The translations under genes were made by a program, and so were the position numbers. The notes under the pieces were generated by a model. The model had not been told where the DNA came from, did not search any database, and was given only the letters and a program-made list of their open reading frames with translations. 24,000 bases of DNA from Agathobacter sp. (GTDB lineage Bacteria > Bacillota > Clostridia > Lachnospirales > Lachnospiraceae): the NCBI GenBank assembly GCA_045544235.1, contig JAZPYQ010000001.1:1-24000 (forward strand), given 5' to 3'. Positions 22,232-24,000 of this stretch are shown in pieces. Position 1 is the stretch's first letter. Each line of letters starts with the position of its first letter.

Positions 22232-24000
22232 ATGAGTACAGTAAATAAGATTACAAAACAGAGCAAAATAGGAGAATTGTATAGCACAACAGTAGGTCAT
22301 GATGCTTTAGAAAAAGTGCTTTTACAACTTAATATTCCAACATCTGCTATTACAAATCCAATCGTATCTAATATCAAAATAGAAGGTTTGGAAAAGGTGA
22401 TTGGAAAGCAGTTTGGAGAAGGCTTTTTCGATTCTATATTGAAATTGGTAAATTCAGATACAGAAGCACCATTTGTAAGTAAAGAACCTGTGACTGAAAA
22501 GTGGTGGAAAGAAGCTGTTATTTATCAGATTTATCCTAGAAGCTTTTACGATACCAACGGAGATGGCATCGGCGATCTTCGCGGTATTATTGAGAAATTA
22601 GATTATTTGCAGGATTTGGGAGTGACAGCAATTTGGATGTCGCCTATTTATGATTCGCCAAATGATGATAATGGTTATGACATTCGTGATTATCGCAAGA
22701 TTATGACCGAGTTTGGCACCATGGAAGATTTTGATGAGCTTTTAGAAAAGACTCATGAAAGAGGAATGAAAGTTATCATGGACTTAGTTATTAACCATAC
22801 CTCTGATGAGCATGAATGGTTCCGGAAAGCATTAGAAGATCCAGATGGCGAATATGGCGACTATTATTTCTTCCGTGATGGAAATGGTGGTAAGAAATAT
22901 CCAAATAACTGGACAAGTTTCTTCTCAGGACAAGCTTGGAATTATTATGAAGATATTGATAAATATGCCCTTCACCTTTTCTCAAAGAAACAGATGGATT
23001 TGAATTGGGACAATCCAAAACTTCGAGAAAACTTAATCGAAATGATTAACTGGTGGCTGGAAAAAGGTGTAGACGGATTCCGTATGGACGTTATTAATTA
23101 TATTTCCAAGTCAGAAGGACTTCCAAATGGAGATGATACAATTGGACAGCTGATGGGCTATCCTGGCATTGAAACTTACTATTACGGTCCAAATCTTCAC
23201 AAATACTTACACGAAGTACGCACAAAAGCATTTGACCTTCATGGCGCATTCTCTGTAGGTGAAACACCTGGTGTAGGAATGAAGATGGCGCAGATGCTGA
23301 CTGGTGAAGAACGTAAAGAATTGGATATGGTATTCTCATTTGACAACTTGGAAACACCAGGTCATGTGCGTTGGGACGACTATGAATATGATTTGAACTA
23401 TTACAAGAAATATATTACAGACTGGATGTTAAACTATGGCAACAACTGTTGGATGTCACTTTTCTACAACAACCATGACAATCCACGTATGGTTAGCAAG
23501 ATTAGTTTGGACCCACAGTACACAGAAGCAATCGAAAAGCTTTTGGCCGTTATGCAGATGACGTTAAAGGGAACACCGTTCATTTATCAGGGTGATGAGA
23601 TGGGACTTGTAAACTATGAATTTATCAGTCCCGATGAACCAACAGATGTAGAAGCAAAAGGTCTTGTAGCAGAACTTCGTGAAAAGGGAAAAACAGAAGA
23701 AGAAATTCTAAAGACTATTAATGCTGGCACCAGAGAACATACTCGTATTCTTCTTCCATGGAATGAATATCCAGCAGATTTCCGTGATGGTTTGCGTCAG
23801 GAAATCAATGAAGAAATTACAAATACATACAAAGAACTAATTGCGCTTCGTAAGGGTGATAAGGCTCTTGTATACGGTGATTTCAAATTGATTAATGATA
23901 AAAAAGACAGATTTGTTTATAGCCGTACACTTAATGGGACAACATATATTGTAGACTGCAACTTAGGAAAGAAACAGCAAAAAGCCTATATTCCAGAAGG
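22232..24000 (+). CDS. GH13 alpha-glucosidase / oligo-1,6-glucosidase-like enzyme (3' end outside the window) with an N-terminal extension
   Basis: The frame is open from the ATG at 22232 (GGAGGGG ribosome-binding site) to the window end. GH13 motifs are WWKEAVIYQIYPRSF, DLVINHTSDEH, GFRMDVINYI (nucleophile Asp), VGETPG (acid/base Glu) and FYNNHDNPR. It is absent from the ORF track because no stop lies in the window. Confidence 0.9.
   Translation, partial: MSTVNKITKQSKIGELYSTTVGHDALEKVLLQLNIPTSAITNPIVSNIKIEGLEKVIGKQFGEGFFDSILKLVNSDTEAPFVSKEPVTEKWWKEAVIYQIYPRSFYDTNGDGIGDLRGIIEKLDYLQDLGVTAIWMSPIYDSPNDDNGYDIRDYRKIMTEFGTMEDFDELLEKTHERGMKVIMDLVINHTSDEHEWFRKALEDPDGEYGDYYFFRDGNGGKKYPNNWTSFFSGQAWNYYEDIDKYALHLFSKKQMDLNWDNPKLRENLIEMINWWLEKGVDGFRMDVINYISKSEGLPNGDDTIGQLMGYPGIETYYYGPNLHKYLHEVRTKAFDLHGAFSVGETPGVGMKMAQMLTGEERKELDMVFSFDNLETPGHVRWDDYEYDLNYYKKYITDWMLNYGNNCWMSLFYNNHDNPRMVSKISLDPQYTEAIEKLLAVMQMTLKGTPFIYQGDEMGLVNYEFISPDEPTDVEAKGLVAELREKGKTEEEILKTINAGTREHTRILLPWNEYPADFRDGLRQEINEEITNTYKELIALRKGDKALVYGDFKLINDKKDRFVYSRTLNGTTYIVDCNLGKKQQKAYIPE

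Noticed and set aside
1-24000. CRISPR arrays, IS elements, integrases, toxin-antitoxin pairs
   Set aside because: I saw no regularly spaced repeat-spacer array, no terminal inverted repeats with a transposase, and no recombinase-like ORF in any frame. Fic is the only Doc-related domain, and it has no adjacent small antitoxin ORF.

Overview
Low-GC Firmicutes-type chromosome (Clostridia-like: ylmC/ymxH, SpoVB-like flippase, short-form MetH). The window is mostly housekeeping genes, interrupted by one accessory block of about 9 kb. Left edge: a truncated minus-strand CDS and a TetR regulator. Positions ~1.1-10.1 kb hold a visibly more AT-rich island. It is bounded by a direct repeat that duplicates the ribosome-binding site and first 16 nt of ychF, and it has no recombinase. 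The island carries one same-strand six-gene operon: Fic (SoFic-like, with inhibitory helix and C-terminal wHTH), hsdM, a NERD-domain protein, hsdS, a small 2-TM SieB-like protein, and hsdR. This is a Type I R-M system with three embedded passenger genes. I consider it the candidate composite or novel defence system here, by analogy to PrrC/Rlo genes inside hsd loci. Downstream core genes: ychF, ylmC/ymxH, nrdR, an 81-aa unknown, yqeG-type HAD, rpiB, efp, SpoVB/MurJ-like flippase (no canonical start codon), cysteine desulfurase, Cof-type HAD, metH, tRNA-Met and tRNA-Val (minus strand), a GPH sugar symporter, and a GH13 alpha-glucosidase with an odd ~90-aa N-terminal extension. No CRISPR array, transposase or integrase was seen. 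All family assignments come from motifs read by eye, not from searches.
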